The notes: generated by a model not told the origin, from the sequence alone. Shown: positions 21,315 to 32,461, counted from the stretch's first letter. The stretch: DNA of 64,000 nt from Planctomycetota bacterium (GCA_965223505.1 CBDCWP010000013.1:96001-160000), one strand, 5' to 3'. A program made the numbers and translations.

Positions 21315-22259
21315 ATGACCGAATTACCCAAACGAACGCTTGGCCGCACCGGGCTCGAAGTGACCACGCTAGGCTTCGGCGCCCTCGAACTGCGCGGCGT
21401 GGTCGCGGGCATTGGCCGGACTCTGGAGCCCGGAGAGCCCGAGCGCATCCTCAACGCCGTGCTCGACGCCGGCGTCAATTATATCGATGTCGCCGTGGAC
21501 TACGGCGAGGCCGAATCCCATATCGGCCGCTGCATCGCCTCGCGGCGGCGGGAATTCTTGCTGGCCACCAAGTGCGGCTGTCCGCTCGACGTCAGCCAGT
21601 TCGCCCCCGAGCAGCGCACCCGCTACGGCGTGCCCTTGCCCAGCCTGCACGACTACAGCCGTCAAAATATCATCGCCGCCTGCCACCAAAGCTTGCGGCG
21701 CATGCGCACCGATTACCTGGACGTGCTCCAGTTTCATTTTAGCCCGGCCAGGTCGATGTTAGAGCAAGAGGACGCCATCGCCACCCTCGACGATCTCAAG
21801 CAGCAGGGCAAAATCCGCTTTCTAGGGTGCTCCTCGATGCTGCCCCATCTCACCGATCACATTGCGATGGGGGTCTTTGATGTATTTCAAATTCCCTACT
21901 CCGCGTTGCAACTCGACCACGAGGACGCCATCGCCGCGGCGGCGCAAGCTGGCGCGGGCATTGTCATTCGCGGCGGCGTGGCGCGCGGCGAACCCGGCCA
22001 GGGGCACGGGCTTGTTGACGTCTGGACGCCCTGGCGGCGGGCAAACATGGACGAGCTGCTCGACGGCATGTCGGCCACGACGTTCATGCTGCGCTTCACC
22101 CTGACGAATCCCCATACCCACACCACGATTGTCGGCACCCTGAACCCATCGCACCTGCGCGACAATGTGGCCGCGGCCTTGCAAGGCCCGCTGCCGACCG
22201 AGGTGTACCGTGAAGCCAAACGCCGCCTAACAGCGGCCCGAGATCTGCCCGAGTCTTGA
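21315..22259 (+). CDS. Aldo/keto reductase
   Basis: RTLGRTGLEVTTLGFG, GVNYIDVA..YG, LATKCG, SLRRMRTDYLD, GKIRFLGCS. Confidence 0.92.
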   Translation: MTELPKRTLGRTGLEVTTLGFGALELRGVVAGIGRTLEPGEPERILNAVLDAGVNYIDVAVDYGEAESHIGRCIASRRREFLLATKCGCPLDVSQFAPEQRTRYGVPLPSLHDYSRQNIIAACHQSLRRMRTDYLDVLQFHFSPARSMLEQEDAIATLDDLKQQGKIRFLGCSSMLPHLTDHIAMGVFDVFQIPYSALQLDHEDAIAAAAQAGAGIVIRGGVARGEPGQGHGLVDVWTPWRRANMDELLDGMSATTFMLRFTLTNPHTHTTIVGTLNPSHLRDNVAAALQGPLPTEVYREAKRRLTAARDLPES

Positions 22260-22264
22260 ACAAA

Positions 22265-23612
22265 TTAAGCTTTCCAAACGCCGATCTCGGGCCGGGACAG
22301 GCCCAAGTTTTCGCGCAGGGTCGCGCCTTGATAATCCTGGTGATACAGCCCGCGCTTTTGTAATTCCGGCACGACGTACTCGACAAAGTCCGCGTAACCG
22401 CCGGGAATATGGCTAGCCGCCACCACGAACCCATCACAGACGCGTTCGGCAAAGAGTTCTTCCAGGCCATCGGCGACTTCTTTCGGGCCGCCCACAATGG
22501 CGCCTTCCGGGCGGCCGCGCTTGCTGTGACGCAGAAAATCGCGCAGCGACGGGTTGGCTTTGCCGCTATCTCGCACCACCTGATCCCGCAAGCCTTGAAA
22601 GCCCGAAATCCCATCGATTTCCTCGCTCGTCATGGGGGCGTCCAGTTCTTTCGTGGCGAAATCGAAATTCAGGCCCTCGGCGAGCAACGACAGTTCGTCC
22701 ACTTCGAGCGTCAAGCTCTCCAACAGGGCCATTTTGTCCTCGGCCTCGCTTTTGGTTTCTGCGGCGACAGTCAACACGGGCACGCAAATCGTCATCTGGT
22801 CGGGATCACGCCCGGCCGCGGCGGTTTTCGCCCTTAGCTCGGCGTAGCTGGCTTTGCCCACCGCGATATTCGAGGCCGTGGAAAAGATAAGTTCGCCCCA
22901 CCGCGCCGCAAAGTCGCGCCCGCGCCCGCTTTGGCCCGCCTGGATGATCACCGGATGCCCCTGCTCCGATCGCGGCACAGTAAACGGCCCGCGGGAGCGG
23001 AAAAATGACCCCGGCATGATCAAGCCGGTGAACTTTGGCGGCGTCGGCGAAGCGCTTCGACGCCTTGTCCACCAGCAGCGCCCCGTCTTCCCAGGTATCC
23101 CAGTGCCCCAGCACCACTTCCATAAACTCATCCGCCCGTTCGTAGCGCAGATCGTGGTCCATGGCGCTATCGCGCCCCATATTCATGGCTTCGCCGTCAT
23201 TGACCGAGGTCACCACGTTCCAGGCCGCCCGGCCCTTGGTCATCAGATCAACCGTGGCGAACATGCGCGCGATGTGAAAGGGCTCGTAGTAAGTGGTCGA
23301 ACAAGTGGCCCCGAGCCCGAGGCGTTCCGTCGCCGCCGCCATCATCATCAGCACCGGCAAGGGGTCCATTTTGACGCAGCGAATGCCGTTTTCGACGGTG
23401 TGGGTGTGATCGCCGCCGTAGCGATCCGGCATCGCCAGGCGGTCGTCAAAGAAGGCGACTTGAAATTTGCCCGCCTCCAAGACCCTGGCGATTTCTTGGT
23501 AGTACTCGGGGCTGGTGGCGTCGACGCGCGCCTCGGGATGGCGCCATGAAAAGGGATAGTTGGTGCAGTTTTGAGCCTGTAAAAAGCCCACCATCACCAT
23601 TTGACGTGTCAT
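22265..23612 (-). CDS. NtaA/DmoA/DszA-family FMN-dependent monooxygenase (LLM), frameshifted near 23001-23012
   Basis: SWRHP, ARMFATVDLMTKGRAAWNVVTS, RYERADEF, QAGQSGRGRDFAARWGE, VVPELQKRG, TLRENLGL; two ORFs join on removing one base in a homopolymer. Confidence 0.88.
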
Positions 23613-23630
23613 GTCATCACACCTCGGCTG

Positions 23631-23660
23631 ACGGACGCGTGGCTCGGCGAACGCGTCCGT
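23631..23660. terminator. Intergenic hairpin
   Basis: acggacgcgt / acgcgtccgt inverted repeat between the MFS stop and the monooxygenase start. Confidence 0.4.
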
Positions 23661-23756
23661 GGCAATCATCACTGTCGGAATGCGCTGGCGCTCGATATGC
23701 TCTAGCTCGCAGCCGCCATTTTAGAGCCTGCCAACTGGCGCCGCAACCCGAAAAGC

Positions 23757-25346
23757 CTATTGTCCCGATGACTGCCGCTCCCCGAGGCGGCGCCGGGTCA
23801 GAAACAGCATGGGCAGCATGGCCAATAGAAAAAAGAAGCCAAAAGTGAAAAAGCTGTCGCGAAAGCCCGCCGCCACGGCTTCCGTGTCCATTTGGCTCCG
23901 GATGGCGCGCGAGGTCAGCGGGCCGATATCCGCCTCGCCAATCCCCGCCTGCCGCAAGGATAGCTCGACTTCCCGCACGGTTTCAGCGTGCTCGGGCGAC
24001 GTCTCGTGATAGGCGCTGTAGGCGAGCATTTGGTGATGCGTCTGGCGGCGCACAAAAATGACGCTGGAGATGGTCACGCCCAGAGACGCGCCAATATTGC
24101 GGACCATGCCGAGCAGACCCTGCCCCATGCGCACCTGATCAGCTTGATGAATGCGGACGTTGAGCGCCGTGATCGGCGTGTTAATGGAAAACAAACACAT
24201 GCGGTAGAGCACAATGTAGCCCACCAAGACGCTCGTGGCGGTCAGCGCCGACACGGTGGCGAACAGGTTAAAGACGATCACCAGCAGGGTAAAGCCGATG
24301 AGAATCAGCGTCCGCGGGCTGAAGGTGTCGCTCAAGCGGCCGGATAGCGTGCCGCCAAAGGCCGATAGAATCAGCGCGGGGACGATCACCAAGCCGGCTT
24401 GAAACGGACTGAGTCCCATGACTTGCTGTAAAAAAATAGGGATCATAAATTGCGCCCCGAACAAGCCCATGGTGTTAAAAAAGGCCGAAGTCAATAGCAA
24501 TCTAAAGGCGGGAATGCGAAACAAGTGCAGATTCACCGCCGGATGACGCGCGTATAACTCTCGCAAGATAAATAGAGCAGCTCCAGAAAAGGCGAGCAGT
24601 CCCAGGAACACTAGGGACAGGGTTTCCGTGTCGTCTCGCCGCGCAAAGCTAATCGCCAACAACAGTGGGGCCAGGAATAGCCCGAGAGCAGAGAGGCCGG
24701 CATAGTCAATCGGCACGCCTCGATATTCTCGCTGTTGCGGCAGGAGCAGGAAGCCCAGGACCGCGGCGACAAGCCCCGACGGCATGCCAATAAAGAAAAT
24801 CATGCGCCAGGAGTAGTGCTCAATCAAATATCCGCCTAGAACCAATGAGACGATCTGGCCCGTCGACCAGCCGATGGTGCGCAGGCCAATCGCCATACCG
24901 CGTTGATGGGCAGGAAACGTGCTCACCATGATGATGGCGCTCAGCCCCTCCATCGGCCCCATGACCAAGCCCTGCAAGAGCCGAAACACGATCAGCATGG
25001 GCAAATTCACCGCCAGGCCGCAGCCAATCGACGTCAGCACAAAGCCCAGCATAATCCCGACGAAGAGGTTGCGATAGCCCAGAAAGCCGCCCAGCCAGCC
25101 GAGGATGGGGACCATCAGGGTGCGCGTGATGAGGTAGCTGGTGAAGATCCACTGTGCTGTGGCTAAATCAGAGCCGAAGGCCGTCATGATGCGAGGCAGC
25201 GCTAGCGTCACGCTGCTGCCGCCGCCAAAGGTTTGCGTGGCCCCGGCGACGAGAACGGTCCCGGCGACGAACCATTTGTAGTGGGGGGCGGCGGGATCGA
25301 TGCGCAAAATAGGGAGAGGCGTTGTCGTTGGAGTGGTTTGCGCCAT
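23757..25346 (-). CDS. DHA2 (EmrB/QacA) family MFS efflux transporter
   Basis: About 14 hydrophobic segments, LIVFRLLQG, WRMIFFI, GRLSDTFSPR. Confidence 0.88.
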   Translation of the reverse strand: MAQTTPTTTPLPILRIDPAAPHYKWFVAGTVLVAGATQTFGGGSSVTLALPRIMTAFGSDLATAQWIFTSYLITRTLMVPILGWLGGFLGYRNLFVGIMLGFVLTSIGCGLAVNLPMLIVFRLLQGLVMGPMEGLSAIIMVSTFPAHQRGMAIGLRTIGWSTGQIVSLVLGGYLIEHYSWRMIFFIGMPSGLVAAVLGFLLLPQQREYRGVPIDYAGLSALGLFLAPLLLAISFARRDDTETLSLVFLGLLAFSGAALFILRELYARHPAVNLHLFRIPAFRLLLTSAFFNTMGLFGAQFMIPIFLQQVMGLSPFQAGLVIVPALILSAFGGTLSGRLSDTFSPRTLILIGFTLLVIVFNLFATVSALTATSVLVGYIVLYRMCLFSINTPITALNVRIHQADQVRMGQGLLGMVRNIGASLGVTISSVIFVRRQTHHQMLAYSAYHETSPEHAETVREVELSLRQAGIGEADIGPLTSRAIRSQMDTEAVAAGFRDSFFTFGFFFLLAMLPMLFLTRRRLGERQSSGQ

Positions 25347-25431
25347 ATTTGTGTGTACACCTTACTGCGATGTCATAGCTGCGAACTCGGACTTGTTCTA
25401 GCATGGCCGCGCTGATCACTGATGTCAAGGA

Positions 25432-27057
25432 TTAGGCGCGCGGCCGGTCGCTCTGCTGCGGCGTCAACACGTCTTCAACCACCTGCTCTCGCGCCGCTGG
25501 CGCTCGGCGTCGGAGCCATTGCCACCAGCGGCCATTGACGAGGAGGGCGGGCGTAATGGCGAGCAGGGCAAGCGCGCCATTAAACAGGAGATATTCGCGC
25601 CAGGCCGCCGTGCTCGCCTCCGTGTGCAGCACGCGCCCCATGAGCGCCATACTCAGGTTGGGAACTTGCCAGGCGAGTTCGCCCATCCACTGCAGCGTGT
25701 GTTGAAAGTGCGTCAGCGTGGAGGTATACGCCGACGAATCATGCGGGCTGCTCTCCGCGATGCGTTGCAAATAGTGGCCATAATTTTGGTCCCAGAGGAC
25801 CACGGACAGGGCCGTACTCAGGGCGTTCGCCACACTGCGAAACAAGCCGATGAGCCCTGACGCCATCATCACCTGCTGTTCCGACAAGGCGCGCAAGGCA
25901 GTCAGGTTATTGGGCGAGGTAATCAATGCCTCGGCGATAAAACGGCCACATAAAAAGGCATTGACCGTCCAGGCCGTCGTCCACACCGTGACGCCGGAAA
26001 AACCAAAGAAACTCGCCGCGTAGAGCAGCAAACCAGCAACGACCAGGAACTGCGGGGTAATCCGGTCCGAGAGGCGGCCGGTGGCGAGCACCGCAAGGCC
26101 GTACAGAATCTGGGAAGGCGCCATCGTCCAGGCCACATTGAGGGGCTCAAAGCCAAGCAAACCCTGCATGAGCACGGGCATCATCGGTTCGGTGCTGCGG
26201 AAGGTCATCGTCGTTAAGCAGACGACAATGGTCGCCATGAGAAATGGCGGCGTGGCGAGCAAGCGCAGCTCCACCAACGGTTCGGGATGCCGCAATTCGA
26301 TAATCACAAACAAAACCGCAGCCACAGCGGAAATAGCGAACAAGACCACAATACTCTGCGATTCCCAGCCGTAGCGGCGGCCCTGACTCAGCGCGATGAT
26401 AAAAGTCGTGACGGCAAGACTGACGGTGAGCAGCCCATAGTGATCGAGCCGCCGCCGCTCGGGCCGATGCAGCGCCGGCAGCAGCCACCAGGCCAGCAAG
26501 ACGCCAAGGCCGCTGAAGGGGACCATGACCACGTAGACGATGCGCCACGAGGCGAATTCAAGTAGATAGCCGCCCATGATCGGCCCAATCGCCGGGCCGA
26601 TGGACCAACCCATCAACGACAGTCCCAGGGCCATGCCGCGCTGGTTGGGCGGGAAAATCTGGTAGAAGATCGCCATGGAAAGCGGATTGATCAAGCCGCC
26701 GCTGGCGCCGGTGATAATCCGAAAAAACAGCAGTGACGACCAGTCCCAAGCCAGCGCGCTGCCCAGGACGCCAATGGTAAAGAGCGCTTGGCTGACCAGA
26801 TATAGCGCGCGGGGTCCAAAACGCCCGCTAAGCCAGCCGAGGGCCGGAATCGTCACGGTGCGGGCAATGCTAAATGCCGTGATCACCCAGTGAATGTAGA
26901 AAAATTCGACCCGCAGGCTGGTCATCATCTTGGGCAGAATCAGATTGGTGGTTGACGACGTAATGGCGAACACCACCAGGCCAATACCGACTAACCCCGT
27001 GGTCAGCCAGCGATCTCGCGGACTGAGATAGGTCGATTCCGATGCCGAGCTTTGCAT
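25432..27057 (-). CDS. DHA2 (EmrB/QacA) family MFS efflux transporter, tandem paralog
   Basis: GWLSGRFGPR, GPAIGPIMGGYL, EPLVELRL, GRLSDRI. Confidence 0.88.
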   Translation of the reverse strand: MQSSASESTYLSPRDRWLTTGLVGIGLVVFAITSSTTNLILPKMMTSLRVEFFYIHWVITAFSIARTVTIPALGWLSGRFGPRALYLVSQALFTIGVLGSALAWDWSSLLFFRIITGASGGLINPLSMAIFYQIFPPNQRGMALGLSLMGWSIGPAIGPIMGGYLLEFASWRIVYVVMVPFSGLGVLLAWWLLPALHRPERRRLDHYGLLTVSLAVTTFIIALSQGRRYGWESQSIVVLFAISAVAAVLFVIIELRHPEPLVELRLLATPPFLMATIVVCLTTMTFRSTEPMMPVLMQGLLGFEPLNVAWTMAPSQILYGLAVLATGRLSDRITPQFLVVAGLLLYAASFFGFSGVTVWTTAWTVNAFLCGRFIAEALITSPNNLTALRALSEQQVMMASGLIGLFRSVANALSTALSVVLWDQNYGHYLQRIAESSPHDSSAYTSTLTHFQHTLQWMGELAWQVPNLSMALMGRVLHTEASTAAWREYLLFNGALALLAITPALLVNGRWWQWLRRRAPAAREQVVEDVLTPQQSDRPRA

Positions 27058-27149
27058 GCCAAGCTAAATCCTGTCGCTCAATTTATCGAAAGCTAAAAAC
27101 CTCCGATTTGGTTCTTAACCGAACTCGCCAGTCCCCTCACATGCGCAGC

Positions 27150-28361
27150 TCAGCCGGCGATTTGATAGGCGAAGCGCTTAAACTCGTGGCTAAATGGATG
27201 CCAGAACCCCGGCATCCGCTGTGTCATACACATGCCGGTGAGATTCGCCCGGGGCGCCATCCAGGAATGGGTCCCAGCCACGCCGCCCCAGTGATATTCG
27301 TCCTGCATCGCTGCTGGCTCGTTCGCGTCTAGGCTTTGCTTGAGCGCAAACCCCAGGCCGAAGACCGTCCCCGGCATGGCCCATGTGGGAAAATGGACCC
27401 CGACACCCGACGCTAACTGATTCTCACGCATCAGCCTCAGGGTCTGTGGTTGCAGGAGGCGCACGTTGTTCCAACTGCCGCCGGCAACGATCATGCGAAT
27501 GAAGTTCAGATAATCGCTAACTGTGGAGACCAGACCACCGCCGCCCGAGAGCAGTTTGCGTGGTTGGGTGTATTGACCTGTCTGTGGGTCGTCGGCCTTG
27601 ACCAACCCGCCTTTCATGGGATCCAACAGGTCGACTGGCGCGTACATGGTGACCAAGCGGCGGCGCTTTTCCGGCGGCGCCCAAAAGTCGGTGTCCACCA
27701 TCCCTAGGGGCTCGAAAATGCGTCGTTTCAAAAACACATCAAAGGGGTCGCCGGATAGCGCCTCGACCAACCGCGCACTCACGTCAGTCGCGAAACTATA
27801 GCGCCACGAGGTTCCAGGATGATAGGCTAGGGGCAGGTCGCCAAGGGCGTCGCAAAGTTCTTCCAGGGTGATCGAAAAGTTGTTGAGGATATCGATGCCG
27901 CGGCTGGCGTACGCCTGATCGATCAGGGAGTCCGGCTCGATAAAACCGTAGGAGAGGCCGGCGCTGTGACTCAATAAGTGCCGGACGCGGATAGGCTCTC
28001 GGGCCGCCTCGGTGTCGCTTAAGGTCTGCGCGCCCGGCTTCAGCACCTGCATGTCCGCAAAGGCTGGGATGTAGGGCGAGACGGGGTCGTCCAGCGAGAA
28101 GGCATCCTGTTCATAGAGCATCATGAGGGCGACGGAGGTGACCAGCTTCGTGTTGGAGTACATCCTATAAATGGCGTCGTCGCGGAGCGGCTCGCGCGAT
28201 TCCAGGTCCATGTAGCCGAAGGTGGCGAAGTCGAGCACGTCGACGCCCCGCATGATGAGCGTATTGGCGCAGGACAAAATATTTTGATCCACATACCACT
28301 GCATGCGCTGATGCAGGGCGGAAAAATTCAGATCGCTAGGTACGGTGGTGATGGCGGTAAT
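27150..28361 (-). CDS. Serine hydrolase, beta-lactamase (class C/EstB-like) family
   Basis: SNTK (SxxK), LLSHSAG, WRYS, SGGGGLVST, YHWGG. The frame extends to an ATT at 28361 placed 7 nt after AGGAG; first ATG is 28304. Confidence 0.88.
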   Translation of the reverse strand: MTAITTVPSDLNFSALHQRMQWYVDQNILSCANTLIMRGVDVLDFATFGYMDLESREPLRDDAIYRMYSNTKLVTSVALMMLYEQDAFSLDDPVSPYIPAFADMQVLKPGAQTLSDTEAAREPIRVRHLLSHSAGLSYGFIEPDSLIDQAYASRGIDILNNFSITLEELCDALGDLPLAYHPGTSWRYSFATDVSARLVEALSGDPFDVFLKRRIFEPLGMVDTDFWAPPEKRRRLVTMYAPVDLLDPMKGGLVKADDPQTGQYTQPRKLLSGGGGLVSTVSDYLNFIRMIVAGGSWNNVRLLQPQTLRLMRENQLASGVGVHFPTWAMPGTVFGLGFALKQSLDANEPAAMQDEYHWGGVAGTHSWMAPRANLTGMCMTQRMPGFWHPFSHEFKRFAYQIAG

Positions 28362-28475
28362 GACAACTCTCCTTCCGATTGTTGGCTAGAGTGCGGCCAA
28401 GGCTCCCTCGATAATCCCTCGCGCCGCTCCCGCCGCCGAGGCCCTTTATTCGCCAAGCGCGCCGCCCGTCCTCGA

Positions 28476-29960
28476 TCAATGGCGCGCCGGGTTGTCAAAG
28501 ATCAACACCCCGTCCTCCAGATCACATCCCGGCAGGGTGTCCTTCTCCTGATAGTAGTCCTGCGAATTGATCCAAGGCTCTCGATCACCCTGGCGCGGGA
28601 AACTAGCTAGCGACCTCGCCATATAACCGGGCGAAAAGTCCTCCTCGTCGATAAACCGGCGCGCTGTCATGCCGGCATCTTCGGGACGCAGCCTTGGAGT
28701 GCATTGCCGCACGCCTTGGTCATCCATATGTTGCAGGAGGCGGCAGACGAATTCCGAGATCATGTCGGAGCGCATCGTCCACGAGGTTCTGATGTAGCCA
28801 AACGTCCACGCCATATTGGGAATGTCCGAATACATCATGCCCTTGTAGGTCCAGGTCTTGGCGATCTCAACGCCCGCTCCATCCACGGTGAAATCGATAT
28901 TGCCCAGGGGACAGAGCTGCAAGCCGGTGGCTGACACGATAATGTCGGCCGTCAGTTCCTGACCGGATTTCAGCCGGATGCCAGCTTTAGTAAACGTCTC
29001 AATTTCATCTGTGACGATGGAAATGTTGCCGCCCCGGATGGCCTTGAACAGATCGTTATCCGGCACGAGGCAAAGCCGCTGCTCCCATGGCATATACCGA
29101 GGCGTAAAGTGCGTGTCGACATCGACGTCCGGCAGTTGCTCCCGGACCGCGCCAATCAGATCATTGCGCAATTTCTCGGGCTGATAGCGCGCCATTTTGG
29201 CGATCAGTTCGGAATCCTTGAGATTGCGCCGCCGCAGTATCTCATGCACCCATTCATCCGGCAGGTCGAGTCCATCGAGCAAGACGCTCAGCGGCGGCTT
29301 ATTGTCTCGGGAGATGATGTAACTGGGCGAGCGTTGCAGCATGGTCAGATGCGCCGCCTTCTCAGCCATGGCCGGGATCAGGGTCACGGCAGTGGCCCCA
29401 GAGCCGATCACGATGACCGTCTTGCCGCTATAGTCCAGATCCTCCGGCCAGAATTGCGGATGCACAAACGCGCCCTGGTATTGATCAAGACCTGGAAAGT
29501 CCGGCGTATAGGCCTGTTCGTAGTTGTAATACCCCTGGCACATCCACAAGAAATTACAGGTGAACCAACGGGTTTCACCCTGGCATTCGGCCTGCACCGT
29601 CCAACACGCGTCTGGCGAAGACCAACTGACCTGCTGCACGCGGTGGCCGTAGCGAATCTGGTCCGCCAGCCCGTACTCCCCGATTGTTTCGTCGAGATAG
29701 TTCAGAATTTCCGGGGCAGTCGCGATCGGCTTGCCCTGCCAGGGTTTAAATTTGTAGCCATAGGTATAGAGGTCGCTATCGGAGCGAATCCCTGGAAAGC
29801 GGAACAAGTCCCACGTGCCGCCAAAGGCGTCGCGCCCCTCCAGGATGAGAAACGATTTGTCAGGGCAGCTTTGCCGCAAGTGGCAAGCGCCGCCAATACC
29901 GGAAATACCTGCGCCGACGATGAGGACGTCGACATGCTGATGCGTGGTGGTGTCCGCCAT
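28476..29960 (-). CDS. Flavin-containing (Baeyer-Villiger type, EthA-like) monooxygenase
   Basis: VGAGISG, GGTWDLFRFPGIRSDSD, FVHPQFWP, IGSGATA, LQRSPSY. Confidence 0.92.
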   Translation of the reverse strand: MADTTTHQHVDVLIVGAGISGIGGACHLRQSCPDKSFLILEGRDAFGGTWDLFRFPGIRSDSDLYTYGYKFKPWQGKPIATAPEILNYLDETIGEYGLADQIRYGHRVQQVSWSSPDACWTVQAECQGETRWFTCNFLWMCQGYYNYEQAYTPDFPGLDQYQGAFVHPQFWPEDLDYSGKTVIVIGSGATAVTLIPAMAEKAAHLTMLQRSPSYIISRDNKPPLSVLLDGLDLPDEWVHEILRRRNLKDSELIAKMARYQPEKLRNDLIGAVREQLPDVDVDTHFTPRYMPWEQRLCLVPDNDLFKAIRGGNISIVTDEIETFTKAGIRLKSGQELTADIIVSATGLQLCPLGNIDFTVDGAGVEIAKTWTYKGMMYSDIPNMAWTFGYIRTSWTMRSDMISEFVCRLLQHMDDQGVRQCTPRLRPEDAGMTARRFIDEEDFSPGYMARSLASFPRQGDREPWINSQDYYQEKDTLPGCDLEDGVLIFDNPARH

Positions 29961-30052
29961 AACATCTCCATCATGCTATTAATTGCCAGTAGGGCGATGA
30001 TCCCAGAGCGCCGCCGCTTGCGATGCCCCATCCCAAACGATCCGGTTCGGTG

Positions 30053-31300
30053 TTAGTGAGGTCGCGACAAGGTGGGCAGCTCGCGGGAAAAGACGCGCCG
30101 ACCCCGTTTCCACCCAGAGAGCGGCAAGGCGCATTTGGCGATGATGTCGCCGGTTCTAACCTCATCCCACACCACCAGGTCAGCCGCTTTTCCCACCGCG
30201 ATGCCGTAATCGTCGAGCCGCATGAGCTGCGCCGCCCGGTTCGTAATCATCTCAAAGCACACCCCCAAATCCGCCTGCCCATAGCGCTGCACGACATTCG
30301 CATAGAGATTGGCGATGCGCGTCAGCGAGCCGTCGCCGTAAGGCGTAAAGGCGTTTAAAACATTGTTGGTGGACAGCGTGCAGTTGGCGCCGTGTTCGAT
30401 CAGCGTATTGGCGTCGGTGACGCCGCGCATGACGCTATGCTCCATGTGCCGTCCGGCATTGAAGAGGTCGGTCGCCGGCAAGACGGCAAGCGACACCCCG
30501 GACTCGCCGAGCCGCTTGCCGATGGCCACCTGTTGTTTGACCGGCAAACAGGAAAATTTCGACCCGTGCCCAAACGCGACCCGCGCCTGCCAGCCAATGC
30601 GGTCCGTGATCTCGCACACTTGCGGGTAATCCAGTTGCTCGGCCTGATAGCCGCCATCCAGATGAAAATCGACATCGATGTTATAGCGCTGCGCCAACTC
30701 GAAAACGCGGCGGATTTGCCCAGGGCCGTCCTTGTCATAGCGAATGCCGCCGCCGATCACCGGCGCCCCGCGCTCCAGGCAGGCGACCAAATTTTCATCC
30801 GCCCCAGGCACGTCCGTCCAACCCTCCTGCAAAAAGACGCACGGCTGGATATCAATGGCCCAGGCGTAATCCTGGCGCAGTTGCTCAATCACCTCAAACC
30901 CGGCCAGCCCGACATTCGGGTCGACCTCGACCTGGGTGCGCATATGGGTGACGCCGTGCAGCAGGCACTGTTCGAGCGTCGCCTGCGCCCGCTGGTAAAT
31001 ATCTTCCGGGGTGAAGCTCAATGTATGCTTAATTGACGCCGTCCGCTCCATGTGATCGCGGATCATGCGATCCGGCTGCATCGGCGCGCGATCGATGGTC
31101 ATCGCCTTGTCGAGGTGAAAATGGCTCTCCACCAGGCCAGGCGACACCAGTTTGCCGCCGACGTCTTGTTCCGGGCCTTCGGCGGCGAGGTTCGGTTCGA
31201 GCGCGGCGATCACGCCGTCCCGCACGCCAATATCGACCGGCGGCTGCCCCGGCCCGGACGTTGATAGCCTTGCGTTTCGTAGAATGAGCTCCAATGCCAT
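30053..31300 (-). CDS. Metal-dependent amidohydrolase, cytosine/creatinine deaminase-like
   Basis: PGLVESHFHLDK, GVTHMRTQV, DFHLD, STNNVLNAFTPYGDG, GKAADLVV. Confidence 0.88.
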   Translation of the reverse strand: MALELILRNARLSTSGPGQPPVDIGVRDGVIAALEPNLAAEGPEQDVGGKLVSPGLVESHFHLDKAMTIDRAPMQPDRMIRDHMERTASIKHTLSFTPEDIYQRAQATLEQCLLHGVTHMRTQVEVDPNVGLAGFEVIEQLRQDYAWAIDIQPCVFLQEGWTDVPGADENLVACLERGAPVIGGGIRYDKDGPGQIRRVFELAQRYNIDVDFHLDGGYQAEQLDYPQVCEITDRIGWQARVAFGHGSKFSCLPVKQQVAIGKRLGESGVSLAVLPATDLFNAGRHMEHSVMRGVTDANTLIEHGANCTLSTNNVLNAFTPYGDGSLTRIANLYANVVQRYGQADLGVCFEMITNRAAQLMRLDDYGIAVGKAADLVVWDEVRTGDIIAKCALPLSGWKRGRRVFSRELPTLSRPH

Positions 31301-31457
31301 GGGTTCCCCTTTTTCTGCCAGAACGATTCGCGCGCCACATGGTAGCATGAAATCCGTTGACAAGCAGGCTTGACTATGGCGGCGAGAGGGTTGAGAATCG
31401 ACCAGCGCCCGTTTTTGCCCGACGCTCCACCTCACACGTCAGCAAGGAGCTGCAACC

Positions 31458-32461
31458 ATGAGCCCTCTCGATCTACAACCATTGCCCCATTCAACCTTCG
31501 GCGGCCTGGTTCGGTTTTCCCGGCTGCGCGGATGCGCAAGCCATCGTGGCCGCGGCGGAAGCGGCTCCTGATGCCTTGCCTCGCGCGCTCGATGCTTCTG
31601 ATGGTCTGCTCTTCCTGCCTGGCCCTGCACGGCGTCAGCGACGATCCTGAGCTATTGGTTCGTCTGAGCCGGTTGTTCGGCGACGAGGTCGAAGACTATC
31701 GCGAGACGCTCTCCGCCACCAACTTAATCCACGAACAAACGCCCGAAATATTCGTGGTCTCCAATCTGCCCCCCGCCAATCGCCAGCCGCCTCCGCGTCC
31801 CGAGCCGCCGCTGAACGCAGATGGCGGCTTGCCGACGCAATTTCCGCATCGGCGCGGCTGGCATACGGACCAGAGCTACCGCCGCCCGCCGCCCGATATT
31901 TCCCTTTTTTACGCCGTGATTCCATCGCCCAAGGGGCAGGGGCAAACCCTGTACGCCAACGGCATCGCGGCCTACGAAGCGCTGCCCGACGACCTCAAGG
32001 CGCGCGTTGACGGGTTGGAGGGCATTCATATTCAGCCTGGGATGGGACGCTCGGAATCTGCAGTGCGCGCCGGGGAGCCGCCAAAGGCGCTCAGTCCGCT
32101 GCAGCAGCCGCAGCGCCAGCCCGTGGTGCGCACGCATCCGGTGACCGGGAAGCGCGCCCTGTATATGTGCGAAGCTGGCCAGATGGACTGGGTGCAGGGG
32201 CCATTTGCCGGCCTGGAGCCTGGGCCAGAGGGCGAAGGGGCGGAGCTGCTCTACACGCTCATGGCGCATTACACGCAGCCGCAATTTACCTACACCCATA
32301 ACTGGGACGAGGGTGACCTGATCATTTATGATAATCGCACCCTGGTGCACGCCGCCACTTGGTTTGACGCCGAGAGTCACCCGCGGCTGATGTGGCGCAC
32401 GACGGTCTTCGGCAATCCGGGCGAGGTTTATGCTGGCGAGACGAAAAGCTGGGTCGCGTGA
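31458..32461 (+). CDS. TauD/TfdA family dioxygenase, two +1 homopolymer frameshifts near 31515-31521 and 31623-31625
   Basis: WHTDQSY, RTHPVTGKRALY, DNRTLVHAAT, RLMWRT; AAGGAG RBS before ATG 31458; removing 2 bases gives a continuous ORF. Confidence 0.85.
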
